This document shows positions 62,266-64,000 of a DNA stretch of 64,000 nucleotides, piece after piece. The notes beneath the pieces are model-generated. The model saw only the letters and a program-made list of their open reading frames with translations. It searched no databases and was not told the DNA's origin. Every line of letters begins with the position of its first letter. Position 1 is the first letter of the stretch. The translations under genes were made by a program, and so were the position numbers. The stretch comes from Nemertoderma westbladi (Eukaryota > Animalia > Xenacoelomorpha). The stretch spans positions 1 through 64,000 of the forward strand of contig JAUCBJ010002497.1 in NCBI GenBank assembly GCA_032718475.1. The letters are read 5' to 3'.

Positions 62266-64000
62266 ATGGAGTCTAATACTAAAGTGATGCAGGAGGTTAT
62301 AAATGAACCTGTCAAACCGACAGTTACCAATAGTGGCGTCGTCATTAACGCAAACAATAGTTCAGCTGATCCAACGTGTACCACCAGTACGACAGAACCA
62401 ACAGGCAGCAGCAGTACTACGGAACCGACAGACAATAGTGCTACCGATATGACAGACAAGAGTGCTATGAATACGACTAACAGCACTGCGGTCGATCGGA
62501 CAGTTATTAGTTCCGACACTGCTGGGTCTACGACCCCCGGAGACCTCGAAACACCAGTCGGTAAACCAACGAGTAACTACAAATCGAAACTACGGTGGAG
62601 GGTGGGCGACCGCCTGGAGGTAGTCTACCGGCCTAAGGAGGGGGGCGACGCAGTGTGGGAACCCGCGAGAGCGGTGTCGGTGGAACCGGGGCGGATCTAC
62701 GTACACTACGAGGGATGGAACGCCCGCTACGACCGCTGGGTCGACGACGGCGAGGGAATCCGTCGCAACACGCGACGCTCCCGACGTACCTCGACGCGCG
62801 GGTCGCAGCAACCCCGGTACGAGGTAGGGGAGCGTGTGCTCGCTAGATGGGCCAACAACAAACTCTACTACACGGCCCGAATCGATGAGGTTCTACCGGA
62901 CAGCGAGACCTACCGACTCACCTTCTACGACGGGGTGCAACGGAGCATGTTGGAGTCGTCGCTCCGGCCGATGGACGCGGCCGCAGTTCGCGACTTGGAG
63001 GACTTCCTGCGGGGCAACCCCGAGTTCCGGCTGTTCCAGGGCGACAGCGGGAAGGATTCGTCGATCTGCGGGAAGGATTTCACCGACGAAGAGGATTCGG
63101 TTTACAGATCGGCGAGTTCCCCCGAGAAGGAAGCGGGGAAGGCGAAGAAACGGAGTCGGAAGAAATCCGTAGTGGCGAAACCGGAAACGGGGAGTAAAGG
63201 GGAGCAGGGAGAGAGTAAAGGGGAGCACGGAGCGAGTAAAGGGGAGCATGGAGCGAGTAAAGGGGGGCATGGAGGTGAACCGTCGATTCCATTGGCGCTG
63301 CTCCCGACTAAACGGATCCGGTCCGAGTCGGAACGCACCTCGGCTCCGGAAGACACCCCAGATCGTCTGTCTCTGAGTTTCAGCGGAGAGAAACACTTCC
63401 TGCTCAGCGAGATGGACGACGCATTGGAACCGGGGGAGATCCGCATCCAACCTCGCATCGCGCCCCGCCCAATCCGGTACACCTTCCCGCCCCCCTCGGG
63501 GGCCACCCCATCGGTAAATAAAGTCTTTATTGCCCCACCCCTCTCCGTGATGACCGGGGCGCCACGCGCACCCGGGTTCACGCAGTTCCACTGGAAACCG
63601 CCACCAAAAGACGACAAATCCATCCCGACTAATAAAAAATCCGTGAAAAAAATATTAAAAACAGAAAAACGCGGATTTTTATTGAAGGAGAAAAAATCTC
63701 CGATCGTAAAAGATAATTTAGTTTTAAACGAAATTAGAAAACAGGATACTTTTACCGATGTAGCGAGTTCTTTAAGTAAAGATAAACACGCATCCCTTCT
63801 GACTACCGTGGACAGTATAACTGAGTGTCCGGTAGGAACGTCGACGTTGGATGAACCTCCGGACGGATTTCCGGTCTCTGAACCCGGAAGTCCGCGGAGC
63901 GACAGTTCCGAGGACATCATCCACTGTATCTGCGACCTCCGCGAGGAGGAGGGCTTTATGATACAGTGCGAGGTCTGCATGGCCTGGCAGCACGGGTTCT
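62266..64000 (+). CDS. PHF20: PHF20/PHF20L1 (MBD-R2)-like protein, 5' part; runs off the window
   Basis: Open frame from ATG 62266: Tudor 1 (VGDRLE..YVHYEGWNARYDRW), Tudor 2 (VGERVLARW..YYTARI..FYDG), PHD start (IIHCICD..EEEGFMIQCEVCMAWQHG). Absent from the ORF track because there is no stop in the window. Confidence 0.88.
   Translation, partial: MESNTKVMQEVINEPVKPTVTNSGVVINANNSSADPTCTTSTTEPTGSSSTTEPTDNSATDMTDKSAMNTTNSTAVDRTVISSDTAGSTTPGDLETPVGKPTSNYKSKLRWRVGDRLEVVYRPKEGGDAVWEPARAVSVEPGRIYVHYEGWNARYDRWVDDGEGIRRNTRRSRRTSTRGSQQPRYEVGERVLARWANNKLYYTARIDEVLPDSETYRLTFYDGVQRSMLESSLRPMDAAAVRDLEDFLRGNPEFRLFQGDSGKDSSICGKDFTDEEDSVYRSASSPEKEAGKAKKRSRKKSVVAKPETGSKGEQGESKGEHGASKGEHGASKGGHGGEPSIPLALLPTKRIRSESERTSAPEDTPDRLSLSFSGEKHFLLSEMDDALEPGEIRIQPRIAPRPIRYTFPPPSGATPSVNKVFIAPPLSVMTGAPRAPGFTQFHWKPPPKDDKSIPTNKKSVKKILKTEKRGFLLKEKKSPIVKDNLVLNEIRKQDTFTDVASSLSKDKHASLLTTVDSITECPVGTSTLDEPPDGFPVSEPGSPRSDSSEDIIHCICDLREEEGFMIQCEVCMAWQHGF

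Overview
AT-rich, transposon-dense genomic DNA from an animal (a ciliated invertebrate is likely; the species cannot be determined from the sequence). Recognisable genes: major vault protein (two exons here, first exon not in the window), a SAXO3-like axonemal protein (2 exons around a 33-bp hairpin satellite), two adjacent divergent BAF-like genes, cathepsin O, an RDH-type short-chain dehydrogenase, SLC25A38, CTDSPL2, SPT4 and the 5' part of PHF20. Six conserved genes have uninterrupted coding sequences. Intergenic DNA holds degenerate LINEs (CR1/L2, RTE), a BEL/Pao remnant, many TIR/foldback elements, three minisatellites and a local direct duplication. Best leads: (1) a BAF-paralogue pair, one with a protamine-like RS/basic N-terminal tail, the other cut by a 46-bp VNTR that may separate it from a CaaX-like tail; (2) many TACCGGTA/TAGGCCTA octamers that behave as 6-bp insertions at TA sites, match the ends of transposons in this window and cluster near gene starts; (3) an inverted pair of Pol III-type elements in an MVP intron. 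All family assignments come from recalled motifs, not database searches. Splice models were derived by hand.
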